Positions 10,361 to 20,185 are shown, counted from the stretch's first letter. The stretch is 64,000 nt of DNA from an uncultured Acidobacteriaceae bacterium (GCA_963815555.1 CAWFHH010000002.1:334421-398420), one strand, 5' to 3'. Translations and numbers: made by a program. The notes: generated by a model from the letters alone, not told the origin.

Positions 10361-11344
10361 ATGGGGCATCTTTATCTCCTGCTTGTGCCGTTGGTAGTTC
10401 TAATCGTTATCTCGCTCTTCGGTTTTGTAGGCTGCGCCTCCTTCACTTCTTCGAACATAGGAGCCAGCACGGGCGTGGACTATCCTTCGACGATCAAAGC
10501 TGAGGCCAGCCTTGTCGCGTACTGGCGTTTAGGCGAACCCGCTGCCACGGCGGTGGCGCCTCCTAAGCCCGGCGGAATCGCCGCCGAAGAGCTAGGAAAA
10601 CATCCCGGCAACTACTCCAGATTCCAGCCGCCCGGGGCCATCGATAAGAATCGCCACTCCTTCAATAACGGTGGAACGATCGTTTTGGGACAGACTCCAG
10701 GAATACTCGAACTGGATGCCGCCGCCACATGCATCGAGGTAAACGGCGGAATGGTCACGGTGCCATTCGACGCAGCCCTGAATCTGCCACAGTTCACCCT
10801 TGAAGCCTGGGTAATTGCGGAATTTAATGGCGACCCCCAGGGCAATTATTACTGCCTCTTTGAAAACGGAGCGCCGGCTACCGGGAAGCAGAAGACTGAG
10901 GGCTTCGGACTGTATGCCGGACCTGCCAGCCCCTCCACTCCCAATACACCCTATGAATGGCAGGTTTGGATGGGAGATGGAACCACCTTCACCCAGTTGA
11001 CCAACACCCTTCCTACGCCGGCGGCTGTCGTGTTTCAAAAACCAACGTATCTCGCGCTTACCTTCGATGGAACCAACGTCGTGCTCTACCTCTACAATCC
11101 CGGCACCGGACAGAACCTCTCCCTGCCTTCGGTTGCGCCGTATCAGGCGAAGTTTCCGACCTTCAAGCCTGCCACCTCCGGAAGCTTCGTGATCGGTTCC
11201 GGCAGAAATCTGTTTCCCGCATTTCCCGGCGGCACTCAGCTGTATGCATTTCGCGGAAAGATTCAGGAAGTAGCGCTGTACAACCAGGCGTTGACCATCC
11301 AGGACCACTTGGTAGGACATGAACAGTCGGGCGCCGGTTTCTAA
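10361..11344 (+). CDS. LamG/concanavalin-A-like domain protein with a signal anchor and near-consensus lipobox (putative lipoprotein)
   Basis: N-terminus MGHLYLLLVPLVVLIVISLFGFVGC-ASF. LVAYWRLGE, FTLEAWV, YLALTFDG and FRGKIQEVALYNQAL are Laminin_G_3-type motifs. Confidence 0.75.
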   Translation: MGHLYLLLVPLVVLIVISLFGFVGCASFTSSNIGASTGVDYPSTIKAEASLVAYWRLGEPAATAVAPPKPGGIAAEELGKHPGNYSRFQPPGAIDKNRHSFNNGGTIVLGQTPGILELDAAATCIEVNGGMVTVPFDAALNLPQFTLEAWVIAEFNGDPQGNYYCLFENGAPATGKQKTEGFGLYAGPASPSTPNTPYEWQVWMGDGTTFTQLTNTLPTPAAVVFQKPTYLALTFDGTNVVLYLYNPGTGQNLSLPSVAPYQAKFPTFKPATSGSFVIGSGRNLFPAFPGGTQLYAFRGKIQEVALYNQALTIQDHLVGHEQSGAGF

Positions 11345-11362
11345 CCACTGTAAGGAGATTGC

Positions 11363-11938
11363 ATGCCATCAGCACAAGACATACTTGACTCCATCAATGG
11401 AGCCGATGCGCGGCTGGATAACGTCAATACCAAGCTCGATACCGCCAACAACACTCTCACCGATATGGATGGCAAGCTGGATGCCATCCGCAATGCCATT
11501 CAGGCGGTTGACGCCGATGTCCAGAAGGTCCAGACCTTACTGCAATGGGGATTCAGCCAGCTCATCACGTTGGGGCAATATACCAACCAGGCGCTGTTTG
11601 AGAACGATCAGCAGAATCAGGCGATGATCTGCATTCTGGAACACATCTCGCAGAACACCTGTGCCTTGCTGAACGAAGCGCATACGCAGACCGGGTTGCA
11701 AACGGCCATCCGACACGCAACCCACAGCCTGGCAGAGCTGTATGCGGCGACCCATGCTGAAGCCGAGCTGGCTCGCGAGCGTGAGGCTGCGCTTCGGCGC
11801 AAGATCGAAGAGTGCTGCCCGCCCAAGACACCGGAACCGTTGTGCAACTATCAACCGTGTCCCGCCCCCGCGCCGCTGCGCGAGCCACCCCCACAGGTGC
11901 AGCCACCACCGGACTTAGGCAATCATCCGCCGAAGTGA
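11363..11938 (+). CDS. hypothetical protein: N-terminal Asp/Asn-rich coiled coil and a Cys/Pro-rich tail
   Basis: 191-aa ORF 18 nt after the LamG gene, with AAGGAGA upstream. Contains DARLDNVNTKLDTANNTLTDMDGKLDAIRNAIQAVDADV and the tail CCPPKTPEPLCNYQPCPAPAP. No signal peptide and no family recognised. Confidence 0.65.
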   Translation: MPSAQDILDSINGADARLDNVNTKLDTANNTLTDMDGKLDAIRNAIQAVDADVQKVQTLLQWGFSQLITLGQYTNQALFENDQQNQAMICILEHISQNTCALLNEAHTQTGLQTAIRHATHSLAELYAATHAEAELAREREAALRRKIEECCPPKTPEPLCNYQPCPAPAPLREPPPQVQPPPDLGNHPPK

Positions 11939-11964
11939 TGCCTTGGTTGGTCGGAGGATGATTC

Positions 11965-12384
11965 GTGCTTGCGTTGATCGTATCGGCTGGCTTGGTTATC
12001 GGGTTGGACCAGTGGAGCAAGCGGGCCATCGTGCTGAAGCTGGCGCCCGAGCAAACCCGGTGGTTCGGGCGCTACGTCCAGCTGCGCCACGCTGCGAATA
12101 AGAGTCTTGCGGGGACTTCTCTGAATCGCTGCGTCCTGCTGTGTCTGTGGCTAGGCGTGGCTGGCTGCCTGATTTTTCTGGTGCAGCGGGGCTTCTTCTT
12201 CACGAGTTCGTCGGCGAAGATTGCGATCGGTGCGGCATTGGGTGGATCCGCCAGCAATCTGCACGATCACGTTCGGTGCCAGCGGGTGATTGATTTCCTC
12301 GACATTGCCGGCTGGCCCGTCTTCAACCTCGCCGATGCCGCGATCGCCGCCGGTGCGCTGTTGTCTCTGTGCCTGATGCGCTAA
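11965..12384 (+). CDS. lipoprotein signal peptidase (signal peptidase II, LspA) family, short form
   Basis: 139 aa with a GTG start. Contains DQWSK, GGSASNLHDH (the GNxxDR box with Asp retained) and VIDFLDIAGWPVFNLADAAI (the FNxAD box). Confidence 0.7.
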   Translation: MLALIVSAGLVIGLDQWSKRAIVLKLAPEQTRWFGRYVQLRHAANKSLAGTSLNRCVLLCLWLGVAGCLIFLVQRGFFFTSSSAKIAIGAALGGSASNLHDHVRCQRVIDFLDIAGWPVFNLADAAIAAGALLSLCLMR

Positions 12385-12439
12385 GTGCCTGAAGGGCCGG
12401 TGCCCATCCTTCGACCGGGAATGTCGTCCAGCATTCTCT

Positions 12440-12481
12440 GGGTGCCCCATCCTTCTCGCCTGCTTTTGGCGAGAGGGTGGG
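12440..12481. repeat. GGGTGCCCC-type hairpin repeat (family B)
   Basis: GGGTGCCCCATCCTTCTCGCC-TGCTTT-TGGCGAGAGGGTGGG. Related copies occur at 13234-13270 and 34694-34900. Confidence 0.7.
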
Positions 12482-12589
12482 CCCAAGCTTCAGGAGAGGG
12501 TGGGCGCAAGCTTCACCTGCAATAAAATCCCTATGGACTGATAGCCGCGCAACGCTCACGACGGTACCCGGCCCCTAGCCAAGTTCAGG

Positions 12590-13033
12590 CTAGAACGGAG
12601 CAGCCATATCGAAAACGGTAGACCGGCCAAGCCGCTGCACCGGGTCGTGCTCTTTTTTCTTCTTCTCGAAATGAGCCGCAACGTCGACGCCGCACATCGA
12701 GAAAGGAGCGTCAGGATCGACAAACACCCGATAGTCTGCAGCGCCACAGTCGCCGCCGAAACCTGAGTCATAATCGTCCACCGGCCGGGTATTGAATGCC
12801 CCGCGATCTTCGAGTTTCTGCGGACCTGCAGGATGTCGTATGTAGAGTAAGGTCGATGGGAGATACAGCGGCACATGCACAACCTGACCATGATGAATGA
12901 TGGAAGCAGGCGATCTTACTAACTCTTTATCATCGAACACCAGGCTGCCCAAGAAGCGCCCAGGAAACACCACCAGGAATACCAGGACTACAGCGTGAAA
13001 CGCCGCGGAGACTATGAAATGCCTTACCTGCAT
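12590..13033 (-). CDS. hypothetical membrane-anchored protein
   Basis: Start MQVRHFIVSAAFHAVVLVFLVVFPG (one TM segment). The longer ORF to 13219 reads through repeat DNA, so it was trimmed. Confidence 0.5.
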   Translation of the reverse strand: MQVRHFIVSAAFHAVVLVFLVVFPGRFLGSLVFDDKELVRSPASIIHHGQVVHVPLYLPSTLLYIRHPAGPQKLEDRGAFNTRPVDDYDSGFGGDCGAADYRVFVDPDAPFSMCGVDVAAHFEKKKKEHDPVQRLGRSTVFDMAAPF

Positions 13034-13073
13034 CGGTAGCCGCTCAAAGATGTAGTAGCAAAAGCCAGTCGGA

Positions 13074-13194
13074 GGGTGGTCCAGCCTTTCCCAGTGGAAT
13101 TGTAGTCCACCCACACTGTGGGTGCCCGAGGTTGAAAATATCCAACTAATTTGAAAGGGTGGTCCAGCCCTTCCACCGGAATTGTGGTCCACCC
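13074..13194. repeat. two copies of a ~38-bp hairpin-forming repeat (GGGTGGTCCAGCC...GGAATTGTRGTCCACCC)
   Basis: Copies at 13074-13112 and 13157-13194, each with GGGTGG...CCACCC arms. They lie just upstream of the start at 13033. Confidence 0.75.
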
Positions 13195-13376
13195 CTACAA
13201 CGGCATACAACGCCTCCATATTTCAAATACAATGGGTGCCCCATTCAAGCTGTTTTCGCGTGAGCGGGGATTTTTCTTGTGTCAGACCAAGGCTCCCAAT
13301 CCAGGCCGGAGGAAGGCCTAGAGTGGTTCACCGAGTTCTTAGGTAGTAATTAAACCAACTCTATGTGGCACCGCTC

Positions 13377-15311
13377 TTACGCCTTGATCGCCGAGCGCAA
13401 CCTTGGCGAGCCGGTTACGGCGCTCTTGATTTCCGGGGTGTTGCGGATCGTTTCGAGTAGCTTGCGGGTTACCTGTTCATCGATGTCCGAGGCTTGTCGA
13501 ATATCGACGGGATAACGGACGACGAACTCCACTCCGTTGTCGCCCAGGCGTAAATGCGCGCGTGGCTCAGGGGCGGCCAACGGCGCATCGAACAATTGCT
13601 CTACCACGCGATGTTGCCGCTGAATGTCTGCTTCGTATTCTTTGTAGACCGACTGCACGGCTTCCAGCAAAGACTTTTCCACGACTGCCGCGTTCGCCTC
13701 CGGTGTCAGGGCGATGGCGACCTCGTGCCAGGTATAGGCGGTTCCCGGAATCTGCTTGAACAGCGGCGAGGGCTGAAACATTACGGAATTCGAGAACACA
13801 ACCGCCCTGCCCGTGGGATACAGATCCACGCCGGTGCCCGCCAATTCCATCAGCGACAAACGGATCAGGCCGATGTCAATCACGTCGCCGGTGACTCCCG
13901 CTACCGTGATGCGATCGCCGACGCGCACGCCATAGCGGCCAATCAGGAAGAAGTAAGCTGCCATGGAAAGGATGACCGTCTGCAGAGCGACGGCGAGACC
14001 GGCGGTGAGAAAGCCGGCGAACGTGGCCAGCGAACTGAACTCGCTGATGAAGCCGATCGCAATGACGATCGCCATCAGAAATCCGGTAACGAATCGCCGC
14101 ACCAGCAACACCTGGCGGCGACGCCGCGGGTCGTGAATGTAGCGTAAGGTGGCACGCCGCCACAACGCAGACAAGATCGCGACCAGGCCCAGGGCGCCGA
14201 GGATGATGGCCACGCGGGTCAGCAGCGAGCGCAGCACGTGGGTGTATTCCTTCACCACCGAACGGCGCCATTGGGTGAGGTTCCCCGCGCATTCGTCGAG
14301 CAGGATCATCTCCTGGCGCAACGGGACGGCCGCGCCGGAAACGAGTTTGAACCTCGCGGTCAGTTGGGCCAGGCTTCTTTGAATGGCCTCGGCCTGCGCC
14401 GGATCGGAAGACGGCGGCTGGGTCGCGGCGGCGCGTCCCTGCTGTATGGTCTCGCGCAAAGCGGCGCGTAGCGGCGCCTGCAACTGGTCGGCTGTATCGC
14501 GCAACTGGTTCGTCTGCGCGATGAGCTGGTCAATGTCGTGCACGTCCCCCATCTGGCTGATCAGGATGGACGCCTGCCCAATCAGTCCCGCCGAATCGGC
14601 GCGCGTCGACTTGGTGGTCTGTCCATTCGACGGAGCTTTTGCCTTCGCATTGTCGGTGGTCGCGGCTGCCACTTCGGGCACCGACCGCTTGAGCTCGTTG
14701 ATCTTGCCCAGCAGTCCGGTGCTGGCGTTCTCGCTGCTGCTGGCGAAGGCTTGAATTTTTTCCAGCGCTTGCTGCAACGCTTTGTCGAGCTCCATCTCGC
14801 CTTGCAGAGCGCTGCGCTGCGACATGAGCTCCTGCCGCTTCTTGCCGGACGCACGCTCGATCTGTTTATCCAGGTCATCGATCTGCCCTTGCGTTTGCTG
14901 AAGGCGTTGCGCCGTGTCGGCCGTCGCCTTCTCGATGCTCTGCTCGGTCGCATTCTCCTGCACAGGGGACTCGCTGCCGGCCGCAGCATTCTTTTCGCTC
15001 GCCAGCAGACGCGCTTCGGCCTCGGCCGAGTCAAACGCCAACTGCACCGCCTGGCTGGCCAAGCTGCGGGCGTTCTGCAGATACAGCGTGTCGCTCGGCT
15101 GGCCGGCGGTGACGTCTACGTTTTGGACGTTGCGGTACCAGCGAATGGCCGCGTTTAGATGGTTGAGAATTGCCGAACTATCGATCTGGGTTTGCGGAGT
15201 GTTTTGCGCCAGCATGACCCAGACGCCGCCCGTCGCTGCCACAAAAATAAGGAGTGAAGTCGCGAGCCACTTCCTGTGCTCCCGAAAACCAACGAGCCTG
15301 CTTCTTGCCAA
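13377..15311 (-). CDS. mechanosensitive ion channel (MscS family) with a long N-terminal coiled-coil periplasmic region
   Basis: 644 aa with a TTG start. The C-terminal MscS core reads AGLAVALQTVILSMAAYFFLIGRYGVRVGDRITVAGVTGDVIDIGLIRLSL. Confidence 0.85.
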   Translation of the reverse strand: MARSRLVGFREHRKWLATSLLIFVAATGGVWVMLAQNTPQTQIDSSAILNHLNAAIRWYRNVQNVDVTAGQPSDTLYLQNARSLASQAVQLAFDSAEAEARLLASEKNAAAGSESPVQENATEQSIEKATADTAQRLQQTQGQIDDLDKQIERASGKKRQELMSQRSALQGEMELDKALQQALEKIQAFASSSENASTGLLGKINELKRSVPEVAAATTDNAKAKAPSNGQTTKSTRADSAGLIGQASILISQMGDVHDIDQLIAQTNQLRDTADQLQAPLRAALRETIQQGRAAATQPPSSDPAQAEAIQRSLAQLTARFKLVSGAAVPLRQEMILLDECAGNLTQWRRSVVKEYTHVLRSLLTRVAIILGALGLVAILSALWRRATLRYIHDPRRRRQVLLVRRFVTGFLMAIVIAIGFISEFSSLATFAGFLTAGLAVALQTVILSMAAYFFLIGRYGVRVGDRITVAGVTGDVIDIGLIRLSLMELAGTGVDLYPTGRAVVFSNSVMFQPSPLFKQIPGTAYTWHEVAIALTPEANAAVVEKSLLEAVQSVYKEYEADIQRQHRVVEQLFDAPLAAPEPRAHLRLGDNGVEFVVRYPVDIRQASDIDEQVTRKLLETIRNTPEIKSAVTGSPRLRSAIKA

Positions 15312-15504
15312 TCTTTTCCTCGCGTAGTTTGATCTTTAAGTGGGATGCAAAGAACTCGGATTCGGCGAGTCAGGAGCTCAGCCGGAGTTGGTGAAAACTG
15401 CGGTGCACTCGTGATGGGCGCAAACCCGTTGAGAAGCCCACGGCGCGATCAGCGAATGTGCCGTAAACCATTGAAAGCGTTAGGCCTACGAGATTGCAGC
15501 GAGG

Positions 15505-16389
15505 TCATTTTGGGCGTCGGTAGACCACTTTGAGGTTGTCGCCCTCGAGGATGCGCGCGATCTGCGTTCGTGCGTGCACCGACCAGGGACCTGATCGGTC
15601 GAGCTTAATGTAAGCCCTCCAATGGTTTAGCGCCTTTCGAGGCTGCTGCAGCCGCTCATAGGCGAGAGCGAGATTGTAGTGCGCATCGCCGTAGGTCGGC
15701 GCCAGCAGGAGGGCGGTTTGATATGCGGCCACCGCGTCGGGAATCCGGCCAGTCTCATCCAGCACGTTGCCTAAGTCGAAGTAGGCCAAGGCGTAACGGG
15801 GATCGGCTTCGACCGCGGCCCGGTAGTGGGTCTCGGCTCCTTCGAAGTTCTGCCGGTTGTAGAACAGCGTTCCCAAATTGATGTGGGCCGCCGCATGCTT
15901 CGGATCTGCTTCTAAAACCTGGAGATAGATCTGGATCGCCTCGTCATGGGTGCTCGGATGCTCTTCCAGCGCCACACCCCGTGCGAACAGGTCCGTGGGA
16001 TTTTCACCTTTGACCTTGCCGCTGGGCTTGGCCTTGGTCGACAGAATCGTGCCGACTGGGCCGAAATCCATGACGAATTGCCCCGCAATGGGCTCGACGG
16101 AACGGCCCTCGTGGCGGAACGCTACCCGCCGGCCAACGCTGAACGAACTGGATTCCAGCAGCGGATTTTCCATCCCGGCCACTTGTTTCTGCATGGCTTC
16201 CAGCGATTCACGAATCGCTGCCGGACGCACACGCTTGGCGCGCAAGTCGCGAATCTGCTTGATTTGTGTCAGGTCGGAGAACGAGAAGGTGTCAGAAAGC
16301 GCGACCAACCCCGCACGCTGCCACCCGGCCAGCTGCTTCGCCGTTATGTGCAGTATCCGAAGTACGTCCGCTCGAGCAAATCTGTTCAT
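15505..16389 (-). CDS. MerR-like HTH plus TPR-repeat protein
   Basis: N-terminus MNRFARADVLRILHITAKQLAGWQRAGLV (MerR-type HTH). C-terminal TPRs include AHINLGTLFYNRQNFEGAETHYRAAVEADP and similar. Alternative upstream starts extend to 16458. Confidence 0.7.
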   Translation of the reverse strand: MNRFARADVLRILHITAKQLAGWQRAGLVALSDTFSFSDLTQIKQIRDLRAKRVRPAAIRESLEAMQKQVAGMENPLLESSSFSVGRRVAFRHEGRSVEPIAGQFVMDFGPVGTILSTKAKPSGKVKGENPTDLFARGVALEEHPSTHDEAIQIYLQVLEADPKHAAAHINLGTLFYNRQNFEGAETHYRAAVEADPRYALAYFDLGNVLDETGRIPDAVAAYQTALLLAPTYGDAHYNLALAYERLQQPRKALNHWRAYIKLDRSGPWSVHARTQIARILEGDNLKVVYRRPK

Positions 16390-16534
16390 GTAAGCTCGAA
16401 GAATCGCCGCAGAGCTTTCGATCATTATCGGATGCGGTAACAGCTTACGCAAGTGCAAATTGCCGGAAACCAGTGGAAAACAGCGACTTACGCTCCTTTA
16501 CGGTAAACACCCCGGCATTTACAATCGAGCACAG

Positions 16535-16610
16535 GCCGACGTAGCTCAGTTGGTAGAGCAGTCGATTCGTAATCGACAGGTCATCGGTTCAAGTCCGATC
16601 GTCGGCTCCA
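16535..16610 (+). tRNA. tRNA-Thr (anticodon CGU)
   Basis: The 76-nt sequence folds by hand into a cloverleaf. Acceptor GCCGACG/CGTCGGC, D arm GCTC-AGTTGGTA-GAGC, anticodon arm GTCGA-TTCGTAA-TCGAC, T arm ATCGG-TTCAAGT-CCGAT, with encoded CCA. Confidence 0.95.
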
Positions 16611-16902
16611 TCCTTTTCAATCGCTTACCGGCAATCCGTTCACCGACTGCTGCATACGCGAGTCTTTCTTTCCAACCTTTTCCTGGCGTCCATTGCGTTT
16701 TCGTGTGCGGCCTTGATCCAGACACGCTGCGTTGTGCTGACGCCCATGTCTAATCACTACGACCCCGTGCTTAGCATGCCGCACGACCTGACTCGCAATC
16801 CCAACGACCTTTACAGGCGGCGGCACGAGGTAGGGAATCCGGCTCAACAGCCGCAGGGCATTCTCATCTTCGAGTCCGGCGGCGGCCGCTGGAACCATGA
16901 GC

Positions 16903-17286
16903 TCAGATGGCGGCAGGCGGGATCGCATCGGGCGACGGTTTCCCGATTGTCGAGCTCAGCACTTGCAGGAGTTGTTCCGGATCGCCCTTGCGGACGAATG
17001 CCGAAGCGTAAGGCGCCACGTCTTCCGGCATGAACAACATATCCGAAAGAATCAAAATTGGTATCGATGGATAAAGGGCCCTCACGCGCCTCGCCACATC
17101 GACCGCAGTAAGCTGAGTTCCCAGGCGATAGTCCAGTAAGGCGACATCGATCAGTTCAGCCTGCGGAAGTTCGACAACGTTTCCTCGCACCAGCGCACCA
17201 CATGAGCGAAACCCGCCGCGCTCGACGACCCAGCAATAGAGCTTTAAATGTGAGGGGTCGTCATCAACGACCAAAACGGTTGTCAT
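16903..17286 (-). CDS. stand-alone response regulator receiver (CheY-like)
   Basis: Start MTTVLVVDDDPSHL, then VALLDYRL (phospho-Asp) and ILILSD. It is divergent from the TonB-dependent receptor gene. Confidence 0.75.
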   Translation of the reverse strand: MTTVLVVDDDPSHLKLYCWVVERGGFRSCGALVRGNVVELPQAELIDVALLDYRLGTQLTAVDVARRVRALYPSIPILILSDMLFMPEDVAPYASAFVRKGDPEQLLQVLSSTIGKPSPDAIPPAAI

Positions 17287-17470
17287 ATCGAAACCCGCTC
17301 CCGACCGTAGGGAGTATATAGCGTATCCGGCAAGGCCCATAAAGTTCGTTGAGCTCGTACAACCTGAGCTGCTGATTGCTGCATCCCACGTGATCGCTGT
17401 CGGCAGGCCCAAGGGATTCCTGTGTCTTTTTTTGACTTGTTGTTGTCGTAACGGTCAGCGTACTCCGACG

Positions 17471-19522
17471 ATGCTCGTCATACCCACCACGTCCGACAGA
17501 TCACCGCTTTACTGCATCGTCTGGCTCCTCCTCATGGCGGTCTCCACCTTGTCACTGCCTTGCGCAGCGGATAATCCCACTGCTCCTGACGACAATCAGT
17601 CGCTGAAGAGTCTTAGCCTGGAACAGCTTGGAAATCTGGAAGTCACGACCGTGACCAAGGAGCCCGAGGTCATCTGGAAGACACCGGCGGCAATCTTTGT
17701 CATAACCCAGCAGGACATTCAGCGCTCCGGGGCGACCAATATTCCGGAGGCGTTGCGGCTCGCGCCGGGTGTAGAGGTTGCGCGTATCAGTGGCGATGAG
17801 TGGGCGATTGGTATCCGCGGCTTTGGCAGTCGGTTGTCGCGTTCTGTGCTTGTGCTCATCGACGGCCGTAGCGTCTATTCCACGTTCACTGCCGGTGTGT
17901 ACTGGGAGGTGCAAGATACGCTGATCGAGGACATCGACCGGATCGAGGTCATCCGGGGGCCTGGCGGCACCATATGGGGACCGAATGCGGTGAACGGTGT
18001 CATCAACATCATCACAAAACACACGAAAGACACGCAGGGAGGCCTGCTTTCAGCAGGCGGCGGCAATGTTGAACAGGGCTTCGCCGAAGCCCGCTACGGC
18101 GCCGGCAACGGAAAGAATTTTACCTACCGAATCTATGGCAAGGCCTTTGACCGCAGTTCCGAGTTTCATCCGGATGGCGTCAACTACGACGACTGGCAGG
18201 GAGGTCAGGCCGGCTTTCGCATGGATTGGAGTGCGCATAATCGCGACAATTACACACTCCAGGGTGATCTGTACGATCAGAGCTTCGGCGAAAGCGTGCA
18301 AGCCACGACCTACGACCCTCCCGCGACCTACATTCTTAACGGCGACGGCCATCTCGCCGGCGGGAATATGCTGTTTCGCTGGAAAAGAACGCTGGGCGAT
18401 GGAAAGGATTTCCAGCTCAACGCTTACTATGATCGGACGACCCGCCACGAGTTGAACTTTGGAGATGACCGGAACACCGTAGACATTGACTTCCTCGACA
18501 GGTTCAGGCTGCCACGTCAGCAAATCTCCTGGGGTCTGGAACTGTATCTCAGCCATGGCGATGAAATCGAGGTTGTTTCCGGGCTCACCTTCGTGCCGCC
18601 GGTTCGCACCGATCAGCTCTACACCGCCTTTCTTCAGGACGAGATCACTCTGGTGAACAACCGGCTCGCCTTGCTTGCCGGAACCAAGGTCCTGAAGACG
18701 AACTATACCGGCGTCTTGTGGGAGCCCAGTGTTCGGCTGCTGTACACGCCTTCCTCAACTCAGACAGTGTGGGCGGCCTACACTCATGCGGTGCGCACTC
18801 CCGCCGACGTGGAACGGGACTTCTTTCTTTCCAGCTACCTCGGTCAAGGTCCGGGCGGACTGCCGTACTTCGCGCGTTTCAACGCCAATCCACTTTTTCG
18901 ATCGGAAGATCTAAATGGTTATGAACTCGGATACCGCCGTCTTATCAGCTCCAAGCTCTACGTCGATATTGCGGGGTTCTTCAACCAATATGCCAATCTC
19001 TTCAGTGAAGACATCATTGGCCCGACATTCGTCGAGACCGATCCTGCCCCCACACACCTGCTGCTGCCGGCCAATTTCGGCAACGGACTCAAAGGGACGA
19101 CCGAGGGCGGCGAGATTGCTTCCGAATGGAGGCCAGCCACTTTCTGGCGTCTGCGCGGGTCCTATTCGTTTCTCGAGATGCACATAAAAAAAGGACCGGG
19201 CTCGACGGACATCGGCAGTGCACCGGGCGTGCAAGGATCAAGTCCGCAACATGAACTTTTGCTCCAATCCGGCTTCGACCTGCCCAAGTCGATCACCGCG
19301 GACCTTCAGATTCGTTACGTGAGCTCGCTGCCCGCCCAGAAAGTACCGTCCTATTGGACGGGCGACCTGTCGCTGGGCTGGGGTGTCACCGAACATCTTC
19401 GATTGTCGGCCGTAGGACAGAATCTGTTCCAGCCCTATCATTACGAGGCCCTTTACGATCCGCTGGGCTTGGTTGGGATCAAAAGGTCCATTTTCGGCAG
19501 GGCCACCTGGCAATGGAAGTAG
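17471..19522 (+). CDS. TonB-dependent outer-membrane receptor
   Basis: Signal peptide and plug motifs (NIPEALRLAPGVEVARISGDEWAIGIRGF, IEVIRGPGGTIWGPNAVNGVINIITK). Ends in an aromatic residue (WQWK). The start is uncertain (17390 or 17471). Confidence 0.85.
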   Translation: MLVIPTTSDRSPLYCIVWLLLMAVSTLSLPCAADNPTAPDDNQSLKSLSLEQLGNLEVTTVTKEPEVIWKTPAAIFVITQQDIQRSGATNIPEALRLAPGVEVARISGDEWAIGIRGFGSRLSRSVLVLIDGRSVYSTFTAGVYWEVQDTLIEDIDRIEVIRGPGGTIWGPNAVNGVINIITKHTKDTQGGLLSAGGGNVEQGFAEARYGAGNGKNFTYRIYGKAFDRSSEFHPDGVNYDDWQGGQAGFRMDWSAHNRDNYTLQGDLYDQSFGESVQATTYDPPATYILNGDGHLAGGNMLFRWKRTLGDGKDFQLNAYYDRTTRHELNFGDDRNTVDIDFLDRFRLPRQQISWGLELYLSHGDEIEVVSGLTFVPPVRTDQLYTAFLQDEITLVNNRLALLAGTKVLKTNYTGVLWEPSVRLLYTPSSTQTVWAAYTHAVRTPADVERDFFLSSYLGQGPGGLPYFARFNANPLFRSEDLNGYELGYRRLISSKLYVDIAGFFNQYANLFSEDIIGPTFVETDPAPTHLLLPANFGNGLKGTTEGGEIASEWRPATFWRLRGSYSFLEMHIKKGPGSTDIGSAPGVQGSSPQHELLLQSGFDLPKSITADLQIRYVSSLPAQKVPSYWTGDLSLGWGVTEHLRLSAVGQNLFQPYHYEALYDPLGLVGIKRSIFGRATWQWK

Positions 19523-19609
19523 AAGATGGCAAGCGCAAAATAATGGTCTAGCACGCCCATGCCTACTGCGGATCCAATCCAGATCGGGAGTCATTCCCAA
19601 GCCCGGCGA

Positions 19610-20182
19610 ATGACGTTCCGGCGTCAGGTTGCAGTCTGGATCGGAGCGGCCCTGCTTCTCACCTCATATTCCGCCCCTCATTTGGACGCGCAGAATGCGA
19701 AGCCTACCGAATACGAAGTAAAAGCCGCCTACCTTTTCAATTTTGGAAAGTTCGTTGAATGGCCCAGGAAGAGCTATGCGCCGGGCGATCCTTTCGTGAT
19801 TTGCGTGTTGGGGAACGATCCGTTCGGGCCGATTCTGGACAAAATCACCTCGGGCGAAACCATCAACGGCCGAAAGATCATCGACAAACGTGTCTCCCAC
19901 CCGCGGGAAGCCCTCAGTTGCTCGATCCTGTTTATCGGCAGCTCGGAGGAGGAACATCTGAGAAATATTCTTGCCACCCTCCACGACGCTCCGGTGCTCA
20001 CGGTAAGCGATATGTCTGACTTTGTTGAGCACGGCGGAATGATCCAGTTCATCGTGCGCGATGGGAGAGTGCGTTTTGCGGTGAACCTGGGCCCGACCGA
20101 GCAAGATGGCTTGTCGTTAAGTTCTGAGTTGCTAAAAGTCGCCGTCAATGTCATGCGAGGAAGCGCTGAGGAAAGCCACTAA
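19610..20182 (+). CDS. YfiR/DUF4154 family periplasmic protein
   Basis: Signal peptide, then EYEVKAAYLFNFGKFVEWP and RVRFAVNL, typical of DUF4154. Confidence 0.8.
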   Translation: MTFRRQVAVWIGAALLLTSYSAPHLDAQNAKPTEYEVKAAYLFNFGKFVEWPRKSYAPGDPFVICVLGNDPFGPILDKITSGETINGRKIIDKRVSHPREALSCSILFIGSSEEEHLRNILATLHDAPVLTVSDMSDFVEHGGMIQFIVRDGRVRFAVNLGPTEQDGLSLSSELLKVAVNVMRGSAEESH

Positions 20183-20185
20183 CGA

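Noticed and set aside
16611-16902. I looked for an integrase or genomic island next to tRNA-Thr.
   Set aside because: No integrase-like ORF or tRNA 3'-end direct repeat is visible downstream. The next gene is an ordinary response regulator.
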